DNA of 64,000 nucleotides from Candidatus Krumholzibacteriota bacterium (GCA_963727455.1 CAVSGG010000005.1:529538-593537); one strand, 5' to 3'. Positions 37,441 to 46,840 are shown, counted from the stretch's first letter. Made by a program: numbers and translations. The notes: generated from the sequence alone by a model not told the origin.

Positions 37441-39300
37441 ATGCCGCGCGGTCCCCAAGAGGAAGAGCGCCTCAGGCAAGGGCTGGCCCGGCTCCGTGAG
37501 CTGGGGTATTTGCGGTCTCCCGTGGAGAGCTTCGTCGCGGAGAAAGTCTCACGCGGCCACAGTCCCTCACGCAGCGCTCTTTTGGCCGGACTGTGGTTGG
37601 GAGCGGGCGGGGGAGCTCTCACCGGCCTCTTGCTCACGATCTCGGTGGCAGTGGCGCAGACGGAAATTCTCGACAACCTCCACGATCTCCTCTGGTTGAG
37701 CTTCGATCTCGTGCTGGCAGCCGCGATCCTGGGTGGCGTATTGGTGAGCTTGTTCAGTTATCCGCTCCTCCTCAGCGCACGACACAACGGCTTTTCCGCG
37801 CGACGCCGCGGTGAAATCGCAGTGTTCGTCCTGTCCTCGCTTCTCTTCGGATTGTATCTGAGCGACGTGGCAGGGCGCTTTGTCCTGCCCAAGATTCAGG
37901 GCTCCGCCTGGTTCGTGTTCGCCCTCCTGGCAAGTCTGGTGTGCGCCTCACTCGGAGTGGCCTGGGGACGCCTCTTTCGCGCCCTTCTCGCGGTCGCGCG
38001 ATTGGACCATTTCGAGACGGACGCGAGCGAGACGAACCCACGCCACACCCCGCGCGTCATACTGCTCCTGTTTGCAGTGACAGCAGCTCTTCTACTCCTG
38101 GGCCCCTACCGACAATTGCGGCCGTTGCCTACCCTGGACGAGGTTCATCCCGCCGTGTCGTCTGCAAAGGGGCGGTCCCTCATCCTGTTCACGGTAGACG
38201 GCGAGAGTCCCACCGATCTTCCCGGACTCAAGCGCCGGCTCGATGGTCCCATGGTGGCCCTGAAAGCGCCGGGACTCGTGCTTCACCCCGAGAGCTTCTG
38301 GAACTGCGTCGCCACCGGATTCCCGCCGGAGGTGCACGGCCTCAATCGCGCGTCCTCCACCGGTCCCAAGGGAGTCGCGAGCGACCTGGCGCGGGCGCGC
38401 CGGCAACCTCTCCTGGCGCTGATGCTGCGCGGATTGTTGCCGGGGATCGGATTGGCCAAGGAGAAAGCGCACGATCAGCGCGAACTACTCCGGCCTCCGT
38501 TCTGGGAGATCGCCGTGCAGATGGGGCTGAACATGGAGGTGGTGAACGCCTGGGCCACTTTCCCGGCTGCGCGCCATGCGGGCCTCACCGTGGTCAGCGA
38601 TCGCTGCTTTCTGCGTCTGTGGGAGGGCGCCGACGCGGCATCGGACAGCCTGCTCGTGCAGCCCGCGCAAGACGAGCTGCTGCCCGAGCTGCGGGATGCG
38701 CTCGCGGAGGAGCGTGGGTACTCTTCGCTGGTTCGCGGCGATTCCCTCTTGGACAAGCTCCCGCTGCACGATCTGCAGGAGGTGGCTGAGGCCTGGCGTT
38801 ACGCGCTGGCCAGCGATCTCTTCCATTCCTATCTGATCCTCAAGAGGATGAAGAACCCGGACCAAGAGGGTCGCATCTGTCATCTGGGTGGCGCGGACAT
38901 CCTGGAGCGCGCGGTGAAGCGTATTCCAGCTGGTCCTTCAAAGGAGATGGGGAGACGGCTGGAAGGCCTCTATGCGAATTTTCTGGATGAACTGCTACAA
39001 AAAGTGGTAGAGGAAGTTCCAAGGGGGAGCGAATTGTGCTTCGTGCTCTCGAGGATCGACAGGGGGGAGCGACATGCGTGGGCGTTTCCTTCTTCCTTGG
39101 TGAGGGGAGAGGGGAGTGTGCTTCAGCTCGCGCCCTCCTTCTTGCGAATCGTGGGCTTGCCTCCCGCCAGAGACATGGCCGACAGCGAGGAGAATGGTCC
39201 CGCGACCTGGGGACGACGAGCAGCTTGGACGCCGCACGCGAAACGTTCGTCTTCGGACCTCGAGCGGCTCAAGTCGCTGGGTTACATCGGCGGTTCTTGA
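37441..39300 (+). CDS. Membrane protein with degenerate alkaline-phosphatase-like domain
   Basis: About 5 TMs, then LILFTVDG, WNCVATGFPPEVHG, FWEI..VVNAWATFPA; C-terminal ERLKSLGYI. Confidence 0.55.
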   Translation: MPRGPQEEERLRQGLARLRELGYLRSPVESFVAEKVSRGHSPSRSALLAGLWLGAGGGALTGLLLTISVAVAQTEILDNLHDLLWLSFDLVLAAAILGGVLVSLFSYPLLLSARHNGFSARRRGEIAVFVLSSLLFGLYLSDVAGRFVLPKIQGSAWFVFALLASLVCASLGVAWGRLFRALLAVARLDHFETDASETNPRHTPRVILLLFAVTAALLLLGPYRQLRPLPTLDEVHPAVSSAKGRSLILFTVDGESPTDLPGLKRRLDGPMVALKAPGLVLHPESFWNCVATGFPPEVHGLNRASSTGPKGVASDLARARRQPLLALMLRGLLPGIGLAKEKAHDQRELLRPPFWEIAVQMGLNMEVVNAWATFPAARHAGLTVVSDRCFLRLWEGADAASDSLLVQPAQDELLPELRDALAEERGYSSLVRGDSLLDKLPLHDLQEVAEAWRYALASDLFHSYLILKRMKNPDQEGRICHLGGADILERAVKRIPAGPSKEMGRRLEGLYANFLDELLQKVVEEVPRGSELCFVLSRIDRGERHAWAFPSSLVRGEGSVLQLAPSFLRIVGLPPARDMADSEENGPATWGRRAAWTPHAKRSSSDLERLKSLGYIGGS

Positions 39301-39326
39301 ATTCCTTCCGCACTGAGGAGTCTGTG

Positions 39327-40022
39327 ATGCGAAGCGACTTTCAGGGGATGATTGCACGAGCTTTTCTCATCCTGCTTGCGATTGGTCTGGGCGCGTGTTC
39401 TTCGCCTCCCTCGTCGAGCGTAAAGACCGACTCCGCAGCCGAGCAAGAGAGCGTTCGAAAAGAGAGCGCGTCTACCAAATCGCAGGACGCCGAAAGCAGC
39501 GACGCCTATCGCCTTCAGAGTGAGGGTGAAGCTCCGGTCACCAAGGACGTGGAGTTCGAGGAGGACCGTCTCCCGCCTTCCCCCGAGGAAATCGAGGCAA
39601 CAAAGCTCGAGAAAACCAAGGTGGCCCCAAGCGAGGTCGAGCAGATGCCCAAGGTGCAAGAGGAGGCCGCGACCGACAGCAACACGGAGAAGATTCCTCA
39701 GAGCGTCACGGCGCCGGTAGAGCCCAGTGTGAAGACGCCGATCGAGGGCAGCCGGCCGGCGGCGCGCAGAGGATTTCGCGTACAGATCGCGGCTTCGGGT
39801 AGCGAGAGCAGCGCGCAAGAGGTGGCCAGGGAGGCCCGCACCCGCGTTCCCGAGACGGTATACGTGGTCTTCGAGAGCCCCTATTACAAGGTTCGCGTGG
39901 GAGACTTCAGCGATCGGGACCTCGCGTTGCAATTGCGGGATCGGCTCCGCGGGTACGGTTATGACGGGGCCTGGGTGGTCACCACCACGATCCTGGAAAA
40001 CAGCAAGGATTCCGGGTCTTGA
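39327..40022 (+). CDS. SPOR-domain lipoprotein
   Basis: Lipobox LGAC; low-complexity linker; GFRVQIAA..PYYKVRVGDF..GYDGAWVV. Confidence 0.85.
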   Translation: MRSDFQGMIARAFLILLAIGLGACSSPPSSSVKTDSAAEQESVRKESASTKSQDAESSDAYRLQSEGEAPVTKDVEFEEDRLPPSPEEIEATKLEKTKVAPSEVEQMPKVQEEAATDSNTEKIPQSVTAPVEPSVKTPIEGSRPAARRGFRVQIAASGSESSAQEVAREARTRVPETVYVVFESPYYKVRVGDFSDRDLALQLRDRLRGYGYDGAWVVTTTILENSKDSGS

Positions 40023-40085
40023 CGGGGGGCCCTCATTCGCTAAACTAATCAGTCCCACACGGTGGGAATCCTTGGTTTTCAAGGA

Positions 40086-40161
<76 letters not shown>

Positions 40162-40170
40162 TTGCTTCCT

Positions 40171-40247
40171 GGCGGCATAGCCAAGTGGTCCAAGGCGACG
40201 GTTTGCAAAACCGTTATTCCCCAGTTCGAATCTGGGTGCCGCCTCCA
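40171..40247 (+). tRNA. tRNA-Cys (GCA)
   Basis: GGCGGCA/TGCCGCC acceptor stem, ACGGT-TTGCAAA-ACCGT arm, CCA end. Confidence 0.96.
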
Positions 40248-40309
40248 TCCGACCCGAGCACGGCCTGCGGACCCGAAAGAGGCCCGCCGAGCTTGGAATC
40301 GAGTTTGCC

Positions 40310-40343
40310 ACGCGGATGACGCCGCATGCGTCATCCGCGTTTT
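40310..40343 (+). terminator. Hairpin / probable intrinsic terminator
   Basis: Perfect 13-bp stem ACGCGGATGACGC / GCGTCATCCGCGT followed by TTT. Confidence 0.6.
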
Positions 40344-40387
40344 CGCTTGCCCAATTCCCATATGGCGCGGATTTTGGTACTCATGGA

Positions 40388-40472
40388 GCCCGGGTGGCGG
40401 AATTGGTAGACGCAGGGGACTTAAAATCCCCAGAAGCTTGTCTTCGTGAGGGTTCGATTCCCTCCCCGGGCA
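40388..40472 (+). tRNA. tRNA-Leu (TAA), CCA not encoded
   Basis: GCCCGGG acceptor stem, GGGGA-CTTAAAA-TCCCC arm, long variable arm. Confidence 0.95.
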
Positions 40473-40545
40473 GAACTACCGCGCCTGCAAGCAGGGCAAT
40501 CCAGATCTCAGGGAGCGTCTCGGCGCTTTGAGGCGGAAGGCACGC

Positions 40546-41679
40546 GTGCGCATCGCATACTTGAGCATAGGTCGGCATCTGCACACCGAGCGGTGGATCC
40601 AGTACTTCGCGCAGCGCGGTCACGAATGCCATTTGCTCACGGTACAGCCCGGACCCATCGAAGGGGTGCAGGTGCACGACATCCGCACACGCGCCCCCGG
40701 CAAGCCCTTGCGTTACTGGTTGAGCCTGAGAAAAGTGCGAACCATCCTGAAGGGCCTAAAGCCGGATCTGCTCCACACTCACTTTCTGACCGGCTACGGT
40801 TACTGGGGTCACTACTCGCGCTTCTCGCCCAACATCCTGACCGTGTGGGGAGATGACGTCTATGTCACGCCGTACGAAAATTTCCTGAAGGGTTGGTTGG
40901 CCCGGCGCGCTTTGCGCTCGGCCAGCGCGCTCACCGGCGACTCGGTCGACATTCTCCAACGCTGCGTCGCACTCGGCGCCGCACCCGAGAGGTGTTACGA
41001 GATCCAATGGGGCGTGGACTTTTCCATCTTTTATCCCGGGCGTGGAAGCCGGGTTCGAGAAAAACTGGGCATTCCCGAATCTGCGCCCGTCGTCTTCTCG
41101 CCGCGCTCCTTCACCCAGGCCTATTACAACATCGACATCATCATCGGTGCCGTAGCGCGTTTGCAGCAGGAACGCCCTGCGCTCCACGTAATCTTCGCGG
41201 GTTACGAGGGCGATCAAGCGCCCTTCCGCGCGTTGGCCGCGCGGGCCGGTCTGACCCGGCACACGCATTTTGTGGGCAGAATCCCGCACGAAGACTTCGC
41301 GGACTACCTGGTGGCCAGTGAGGTCTTCGTAAGCGTTCCCTCTGTCGACGCGACTGCGGTTTCACTGCTGGAGGCCATGGCCTGCGGCCGCGCGATCGTG
41401 GTCTCGTCTCTGGCATCCTCCTTGGAGTGGATTCGCGCGGAGGAAAACGGCCTGGTTGTGCCGCCGCGCGACGAAGGGGCCCTGGTAGATGCCTTGAGGA
41501 AACTCCTGGATGACGCTGCGCTGCGCGCGCGCTTTGGGAAGATCTGCGCAGAGGAAGTTCGCCGGCGCGCCGATCACGATCGGAACATGCAGTGGATGCT
41601 GCGCCTCTACGAACATTACACAGAGAACCAGCCTCTACCCGAGGAACTGCGCTCGATCAAAGAACGGGGGCTCTCGTGA
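40546..41679 (+). CDS. Glycosyltransferase family 4
   Basis: HTERWIQYF..RGHE, WGDD, WGVD, SLLEAMACG. Confidence 0.87.
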   Translation: MRIAYLSIGRHLHTERWIQYFAQRGHECHLLTVQPGPIEGVQVHDIRTRAPGKPLRYWLSLRKVRTILKGLKPDLLHTHFLTGYGYWGHYSRFSPNILTVWGDDVYVTPYENFLKGWLARRALRSASALTGDSVDILQRCVALGAAPERCYEIQWGVDFSIFYPGRGSRVREKLGIPESAPVVFSPRSFTQAYYNIDIIIGAVARLQQERPALHVIFAGYEGDQAPFRALAARAGLTRHTHFVGRIPHEDFADYLVASEVFVSVPSVDATAVSLLEAMACGRAIVVSSLASSLEWIRAEENGLVVPPRDEGALVDALRKLLDDAALRARFGKICAEEVRRRADHDRNMQWMLRLYEHYTENQPLPEELRSIKERGLS

Positions 41680-42614
41680 TCAGTGTCGTCGTTCCCACTC
41701 ATCGCAAACCCCAACTTTTGCGACGCACCCTGAGAGCTCTCAGCCAACAGCGCTTCGTGCCGGACTGGGAGTTGGTGGTGGTGGACGACGGATCCAACGA
41801 CGACACAGGCGAGGTTCTGCGCGAGTGGGGGAGGTGGCTTCCCTTACGCGCCGTCGCGCTCTCCGAGAACGAGGGACGCTCCCGCGCCCGCAACCGCGGC
41901 TGGCGTCACGCACGCGGGGACAGCGTACTCTTCCTGGACGACGACATCTTGCTCACCCAGAATGCGCTGGCCGCACACGCCGCGGCGCAGGCACGCGCCC
42001 CCGGGGTATGGTTGGCGGAGGTCAAGACTCTTCCGGAGATCGTGGACTCGACTCTCTTCGAGTACCTCGATGCTCAAGGGCTCGCGAAGTGTTCTCCGGA
42101 TGCTGCAGTGCCCGCGCGCTACTTCCTCACCCAAAACGTATCTCTGCCACGGGCCGCGCTTCTGCTCTGTGAGGGCTTCGACGAGCGCTTTCAATCCTAT
42201 GGCTTCGAGGATATGGAGCTGGCGTTCCGTCTCGAGGACCGGGCGGGACTTCGGTTCCACTTCCTCGAGGGGGCTCTCGGCTACCACGTGCACCATCACA
42301 CTCTCTCGGAGTATCTGCAGAAGAAGCGCGAGTGCGGACGCTCTTCTCTACCCCTGATCGCGCGTCTGCACCCCCATCGCCTGCGCGAGATGCAGCTCGA
42401 TCTCTTGCTCGCGCCTCTTGCGGAACTCGGCGTGCGCAGACGCGCCCTGGCCCTGGGCCTGCGCCAGAGCTTTCGCCTCGGGGGCGCCAGCGCGGTCCAG
42501 GCCGCCGTGCGAGGCTTCGGTGGGGGTATCCCCCAGGGCCTCTGCCGGCGCCTCTACGACTACCTGGTGCTCGCCTCGTACGCAAAGGGACTGGCAGAGA
42601 AGAACCTGTCATAA
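41676..42614 (+). CDS. Glycosyltransferase family 2
   Basis: SVVVPT, VVDDGSND, ARNRG, FLDDD, GFDERF..YGFEDMELAFR. Confidence 0.88.
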   Translation: MISVVVPTHRKPQLLRRTLRALSQQRFVPDWELVVVDDGSNDDTGEVLREWGRWLPLRAVALSENEGRSRARNRGWRHARGDSVLFLDDDILLTQNALAAHAAAQARAPGVWLAEVKTLPEIVDSTLFEYLDAQGLAKCSPDAAVPARYFLTQNVSLPRAALLLCEGFDERFQSYGFEDMELAFRLEDRAGLRFHFLEGALGYHVHHHTLSEYLQKKRECGRSSLPLIARLHPHRLREMQLDLLLAPLAELGVRRRALALGLRQSFRLGGASAVQAAVRGFGGGIPQGLCRRLYDYLVLASYAKGLAEKNLS

Positions 42615-42732
42615 CGACACAATTCTGCCACTATGTCACTGTCGAGGGCAGGAGCTGCTACGGGGCATACCAACTAATTTATTACATAGCAATAGCTTAG
42701 TGATTCTACCTTGGCTTGGCATGGGGCTTGTT
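42607..42732 (+). promoter_or_regulatory. Putative sigma54-type promoter region of dnaK (tandem palindromes, IHF-like site, -24/-12)
   Basis: TGTCATAACGACA (42607) and TGCCACTATGTCA (42626); AT-rich TAGCAATAGCTTA (42687); TGGCAT-N5-TTGT (42717). Confidence 0.5.
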
Positions 42733-42781
42733 TTCTCTGGGGGCACCAGGAATCTATCGCAGAAGGAAAGGAAGCAAGAGA

Positions 42782-44710
42782 ATGGGCAAGATCATTGGAA
42801 TCGACCTGGGCACGACGAACAGTTGCGTGGCCGTGGTCGAGGGTTCGGAAATCAAAGTCATCACCAACGCCGAGGGACAAAAGACCACCCCCTCGGTCGT
42901 GGGGTGGAACAAGGACGGAGACCGTCTCGTAGGCGTCGTTGCCAAGCGCCAGGCGGTGACGCAACCCGAGCACACGATTTATTCCATCAAGCGTTTCATG
43001 GGCCGCCAATTCAACGAAGTGGCCGAGGAGATCAGCGAGGTTCCCTACGAGCTCATCGAGGGACCTGGCGGCAAGGTGGTCGTGAAGACTCCCTCGGGGG
43101 AATTCACCCCTCCGGAGGTCTCCGCCGTGATCTTGCAGAAGATGAAGGAAACCGCCGAAGCCTACCTCGGCGAAGCGGTCACCGAAGCAGTGATTACGGT
43201 CCCCGCGTACTTCAACGATTCCCAGCGGCAGGCCACCAAGGACGCCGGACGCATCGCTGGACTCGATGTGAAGCGCATCATCAACGAACCGACCGCAGCC
43301 GCTTTGGCCTACGGACTCGACAAGAAGAAGAACGAGACGGTTGCCGTCTTCGACCTCGGAGGAGGAACCTTCGACATCTCCATTTTGGATTTGGGAGAGG
43401 GCGTCTTCGAGGTCAAGTCGACCAACGGCGACACCCATCTCGGCGGAGACGACTTCGACCAGGCCGTCATCGAGTGGCTCGTCCAAGAATTCAAGTCGGG
43501 GGAGGGCATCGATCTTTCCTTGGACAGCATGGCGATGCAGCGTCTAAAGGAAGCGGCTGAGCGCGCGAAGTGCGAACTCTCCAGTTCGACCCAGACCGAG
43601 ATCAATCTTCCCTTCATCACCGCGGACGCGAGTGGCCCCAAGCATCTGGTGAAGACTCTGACCCGCTCACGCTTCGAGCAATTGGTCGATGCTCTGGTGC
43701 AGCGAACGGTGGAACCCTGTCAGAAGGCGCTGCAGGACGCGGGCCTCTCGACTTCGGACATCGACGAGGTGATTCTCGTCGGGGGCTCGACTCGCATGCC
43801 AGTGATCCAGGAGAAGGTGAAAAGTCTGTTCGGGAAGGACCCGAATCATTCTGTCAATCCGGACGAGTGTGTGGCGATGGGCGCCGCAATCCAGGGAGGC
43901 GTGCTTTCCGGCGAGTCTCACCTGAACGACGTGGTGCTCCTCGACGTCACGCCTCTGAGTCTGGGCATTGAAACTCTCGGCGGAGTGATGACGAAGCTCA
44001 TCGAGCGCAACACCACGATTCCCACCAAGAAGTCGCAGACCTTCTCCACGGCCGACGACAATCAGAGCGTGGTGGAGATTCACGTTCTGCAGGGTGAGCG
44101 CGAGATGGCCGCGGGAAACAAGTCCATTGGCCGTTTCCAGCTCACGGGCATTCCGCCCGCGCCGCGTGGCATTCCGCAGATCGAAGTCAGCTTCGACATC
44201 GACGCCGACGGGATTCTCAACGTGAACGCCAAGGACAAGGCGACCGGCAAGGAGCAGAGCATCGTCATCCAGGCGTCGAGCGGCTTGGACGAATCGGAAA
44301 TTCAGAGGATGGTCGAGGACGCCAAGTCCCACGCCAACGAAGACAAGCAGCGACGCGAGAAGGTGGACGCCAAGAATCAGGCGGAATCGCTGCTCTACCA
44401 GGCGCGAAAGCTGCTGAGCGAGACGGGCGACAAAATCCAGTCCGACACGAAGCAGGCGGTCGAGACGGCAATCTCGGAGTTGGAGTCCGCCAAGGATGGG
44501 GAGGATCTGGCCGCGGTGAAGAGCCGAACCCAGACCCTGAGCGATGCTCTCCAGAAGGCGGGAACGGAAGCCTACCAGCAGGCCTCGGCCTCCCAGGGCG
44601 CCGCCGGCGAGTCTCACACGGATCAGGCGGAGGGCCAGGCTGAGGCCAAAGACGGCTCCTCCGGGCCGGTAGACGCCGATTTCGAGGTGGTGGACGAGGA
44701 CAAATCCTGA
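42782..44710 (+). CDS. dnaK: Molecular chaperone DnaK
   Basis: [41 protein letters not shown]-terminal DADFEVV. Confidence 0.98.
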   Translation: MGKIIGIDLGTTNSCVAVVEGSEIKVITNAEGQKTTPSVVGWNKDGDRLVGVVAKRQAVTQPEHTIYSIKRFMGRQFNEVAEEISEVPYELIEGPGGKVVVKTPSGEFTPPEVSAVILQKMKETAEAYLGEAVTEAVITVPAYFNDSQRQATKDAGRIAGLDVKRIINEPTAAALAYGLDKKKNETVAVFDLGGGTFDISILDLGEGVFEVKSTNGDTHLGGDDFDQAVIEWLVQEFKSGEGIDLSLDSMAMQRLKEAAERAKCELSSSTQTEINLPFITADASGPKHLVKTLTRSRFEQLVDALVQRTVEPCQKALQDAGLSTSDIDEVILVGGSTRMPVIQEKVKSLFGKDPNHSVNPDECVAMGAAIQGGVLSGESHLNDVVLLDVTPLSLGIETLGGVMTKLIERNTTIPTKKSQTFSTADDNQSVVEIHVLQGEREMAAGNKSIGRFQLTGIPPAPRGIPQIEVSFDIDADGILNVNAKDKATGKEQSIVIQASSGLDESEIQRMVEDAKSHANEDKQRREKVDAKNQAESLLYQARKLLSETGDKIQSDTKQAVETAISELESAKDGEDLAAVKSRTQTLSDALQKAGTEAYQQASASQGAAGESHTDQAEGQAEAKDGSSGPVDADFEVVDEDKS

Positions 44711-44749
44711 GCGATCGGGCCCGAGCTTGAGATTCCCAGAGCCCCTCGG

Positions 44750-44779
44750 TTGACAGAGCTAGGGCCCATGGTTCACAAT
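44750..44779 (+). promoter_or_regulatory. Putative sigma70 promoter for the leader and sigma factor gene
   Basis: TTGACA-N18-CACAAT. Confidence 0.55.
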
Positions 44780-44784
44780 AGCTT

Positions 44785-45004
44785 CGCGAGTTCTCCCGCA
44801 AACAAGGGTTTACCGCGAGTGTGAGCCCGATCCCGGCGAACGCGGCATCATCGCCGGGAACTGCTTCCAGGGAATGACGTAGGAGAAAAGAGCCTTCACG
44901 GTCATGGGCCGCCAGGAACCCACCGGGGTTCTTGGCTCCTAGGTCAGTTGCCTGAATAGAGGGAGGCAGTGGGAGTGTCGCGGTCGAGTTTGCATGGAGA
45001 CGCG
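44785..45004 (+). ncRNA. Unassigned highly structured RNA / 5' leader
   Basis: Six nested or branching helices identifiable by eye (see finding); no family recognised. Confidence 0.5.
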
Positions 45005-45035
45005 CAACACGGGGCGTCCCAAGGTGGAGGAAATC

Positions 45036-45893
45036 ATGTATGAAGTCGAGCGGAGCCCTGATCGTCGTCAGGATCAGGCGCTTCAGCATTATTTGAAGGT
45101 GATCGGACGCTATCCCTTGCTCACCAAGGAGCAGGAGTTCGATCTGGCCTTCCGTATTCGTGGCGGCGACGATGCAGCTCTCGAGAAGCTGGTCTACTCG
45201 AATCTGCGCTTCGTCGTGAGTGTGGCGAAACGCTACGTCGGCCATGGGCTGTCCTTCCTCGATCTCATCGCGGAAGGCAACATGGGTCTCATCACCGCTG
45301 CGCATCGCTTCGATGAACGCCGCAATTTCCGTTTCATCTCCTACGCGGTCTGGTGGATTCGCCAGGCCATTCAAAAGGCGCTTGCGGAGCAGACGCACAC
45401 GGTGCGCCTGCCGATCAATCGCGCGCAGCAGGCCCAGCGATTGCGCAAGATCAACAACCGTATGGAGCAGGAGAAGGGCGGCACCATTCCGCGCGAGGAG
45501 CTGGCCAAGCAACTCGACATCTCGGTGAGCAAGCTCAACGAGATCAACGCAGTGCTTCGTCCGCTGCTCTCGATCGACGAGAGTCTGCACGACGAGGAAT
45601 CACAGCCTCTGCAGGAGATTCTCTCCAATCCCGAGGAATCCACTCCCGAAGACGAGTTCGTGCGGGACGAACTGCGCGATCAACTGGACTCCGCCATGAA
45701 AAACCTGACATCTCGCGAACGAGACATCGTGGTGCGCTACTACGGGCTCAGCGGGGAGGAGAGCACCTCACTGGAGGCGATTGGTGAGGACATCAACCTC
45801 TCTCGTGAACGCGTACGCCAGATTCGCAATGACGCGCTGCGCAAGATGCGTCATTCGGTTTCCGGCACCAACCTCACGGACTATCTCAGCTGA
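45036..45893 (+). CDS. RpoD/SigA-family sigma-70 factor lacking region 1.1
   Basis: YLKVIGRYPLLT (1.2), SNLRFVVSVAKRY, DLIAEGNMGL, FISYAVWWIRQAI, LSRERVRQI; GGAGG RBS before ATG 45036 (alternative ATG 44994). Confidence 0.92.
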   Translation: MYEVERSPDRRQDQALQHYLKVIGRYPLLTKEQEFDLAFRIRGGDDAALEKLVYSNLRFVVSVAKRYVGHGLSFLDLIAEGNMGLITAAHRFDERRNFRFISYAVWWIRQAIQKALAEQTHTVRLPINRAQQAQRLRKINNRMEQEKGGTIPREELAKQLDISVSKLNEINAVLRPLLSIDESLHDEESQPLQEILSNPEESTPEDEFVRDELRDQLDSAMKNLTSRERDIVVRYYGLSGEESTSLEAIGEDINLSRERVRQIRNDALRKMRHSVSGTNLTDYLS

Positions 45894-45915
45894 TCCGGAA
45901 CGACCGGTCAGCGTG

Positions 45916-45947
45916 AAAGGGGCCTGTTCTTGCGGCAGGCCTTTTTT
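45916..45947 (+). terminator. Intrinsic terminator
   Basis: AAAGGGGCCTG..CAGGCCTTTTTT. Confidence 0.75.
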
Positions 45948-45967
45948 ATGAGAACGAGGCGAGGGTC

Positions 45968-46219
45968 GTGAAGAAAACTCTCACACTGCTCTATTTCGCC
46001 GAGGTGGCGCGCAGGACGGGAACTCGCGAGGAGTCGATCCCACTGCCTGAAGACGCGACCCTGGGCCAGCTTCAGGAGAGACTCTTCCAGAAATACCCGC
46101 AGCTGAAGGCTATGGAGAAGCACCTCCTGTGGTCGGTTGACGAAGAGATCGCCAGCAGCGAGACACGACTGTCTCGGGCGCAGAGGGTGGGCGTCATGCC
46201 TCCCTTCAGTGGAGGGTGA
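45968..46219 (+). CDS. moaD: Molybdopterin synthase sulfur carrier subunit (MoaD/ThiS)
   Basis: LLYFA N-terminus, C-terminal PPFSGG; adjacent to moaE. Confidence 0.88.
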   Translation: MKKTLTLLYFAEVARRTGTREESIPLPEDATLGQLQERLFQKYPQLKAMEKHLLWSVDEEIASSETRLSRAQRVGVMPPFSGG

Positions 46220-46226
46220 GGCGCCA

Positions 46227-46616
46227 GTGGACCGGATTCTCCTCAGCAACGAAACACTAGATTTGGTGGGGCTGGAGGCGGAGCTCTCCGGCGGCGAACG
46301 GGGTGCGATCGTCAGTTTTCAAGGCCGTGTTCGCAGCACCGAGGGCCAGATGAGGTTGCGCGGCATCGACTACGAAGCCTACGGCGCAATGGCCGAGAAG
46401 AAGCTCTCGGAGCTCCTGCAGGAGGCCCACGCAAAGTGGCCCGAGTTCGACGTGGTGGTGGCGCATCGCAAGGGCGTGGTCGAGGTGGGGGAGTGCGCCG
46501 TGTTCATTGCGGTGGCGACCGCGCATCGCGCCGAGGCCTTTGCGATCTGCCGTTGGCTCATCGACGAACTCAAGGCGCGAGTTCCCATTTTCAAGCGCGA
46601 GCACCTACCACGCTGA
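46227..46616 (+). CDS. moaE: Molybdopterin synthase catalytic subunit
   Basis: GAIVSFQGRVR, YEAY, HRKG, HRAEAF, LKARVPIFKRE. Confidence 0.9.
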   Translation: MDRILLSNETLDLVGLEAELSGGERGAIVSFQGRVRSTEGQMRLRGIDYEAYGAMAEKKLSELLQEAHAKWPEFDVVVAHRKGVVEVGECAVFIAVATAHRAEAFAICRWLIDELKARVPIFKREHLPR

Positions 46617-46631
46617 GAAAGGCTGTCAGGC

Positions 46632-46660
46632 TTGACAGCGGGGTGTCGCTTGGATATTAC
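46632..46660 (+). promoter_or_regulatory. Putative sigma70 promoter for tRNA-Val
   Basis: TTGACA-N17-TATTAC, 13 bp upstream of the tRNA. Confidence 0.55.
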
Positions 46661-46673
46661 TTTGCGTTCCTGG

Positions 46674-46751
46674 GGGCGATTAGCTCAGCTTGGTTAGAGC
46701 GCTTGCTTGACATGTAAGAGGTCACTGGTTCAAGTCCAGTATCGCCCACCA
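46674..46751 (+). tRNA. tRNA-Val (GAC)
   Basis: GGGCGAT/ATCGCCC acceptor stem, CTTGC-TTGACAT-GTAAG arm, CCA end. Confidence 0.96.
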
Positions 46752-46814
46752 CCTCAAATCTCGAGATAGCGCTCCTTCGGAGGGAGCGCGCCGGGCCCGC
46801 GGGGCCATGCTCTT

Positions 46815-46840
46815 GGGTGAACCTCCGGGTTCGCCTTTTT
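46815..46840 (+). terminator. Probable intrinsic terminator after tRNA-Val
   Basis: GGGTGAACC-TCCG-GGTTCGCCT-TTTT. Confidence 0.55.

Noticed and set aside
40363-40378. Sigma54-like TGGCGC-N5-TTGG upstream of tRNA-Leu
   Set aside because: Poor -12 match, no supporting enhancer features; could be chance.
40388-42614. tRNA-Leu as an integration site for the GT4/GT2 pair
   Set aside because: No integrase and no duplicated tRNA 3' end seen; codon style matches the core genes.
44850-44880. Minus-strand GGAAGCAG suggesting SRP RNA (ffs)
   Set aside because: Lacks the CAGG..GNRA tetraloop helix 8 arrangement, and the promoter points to the plus strand.
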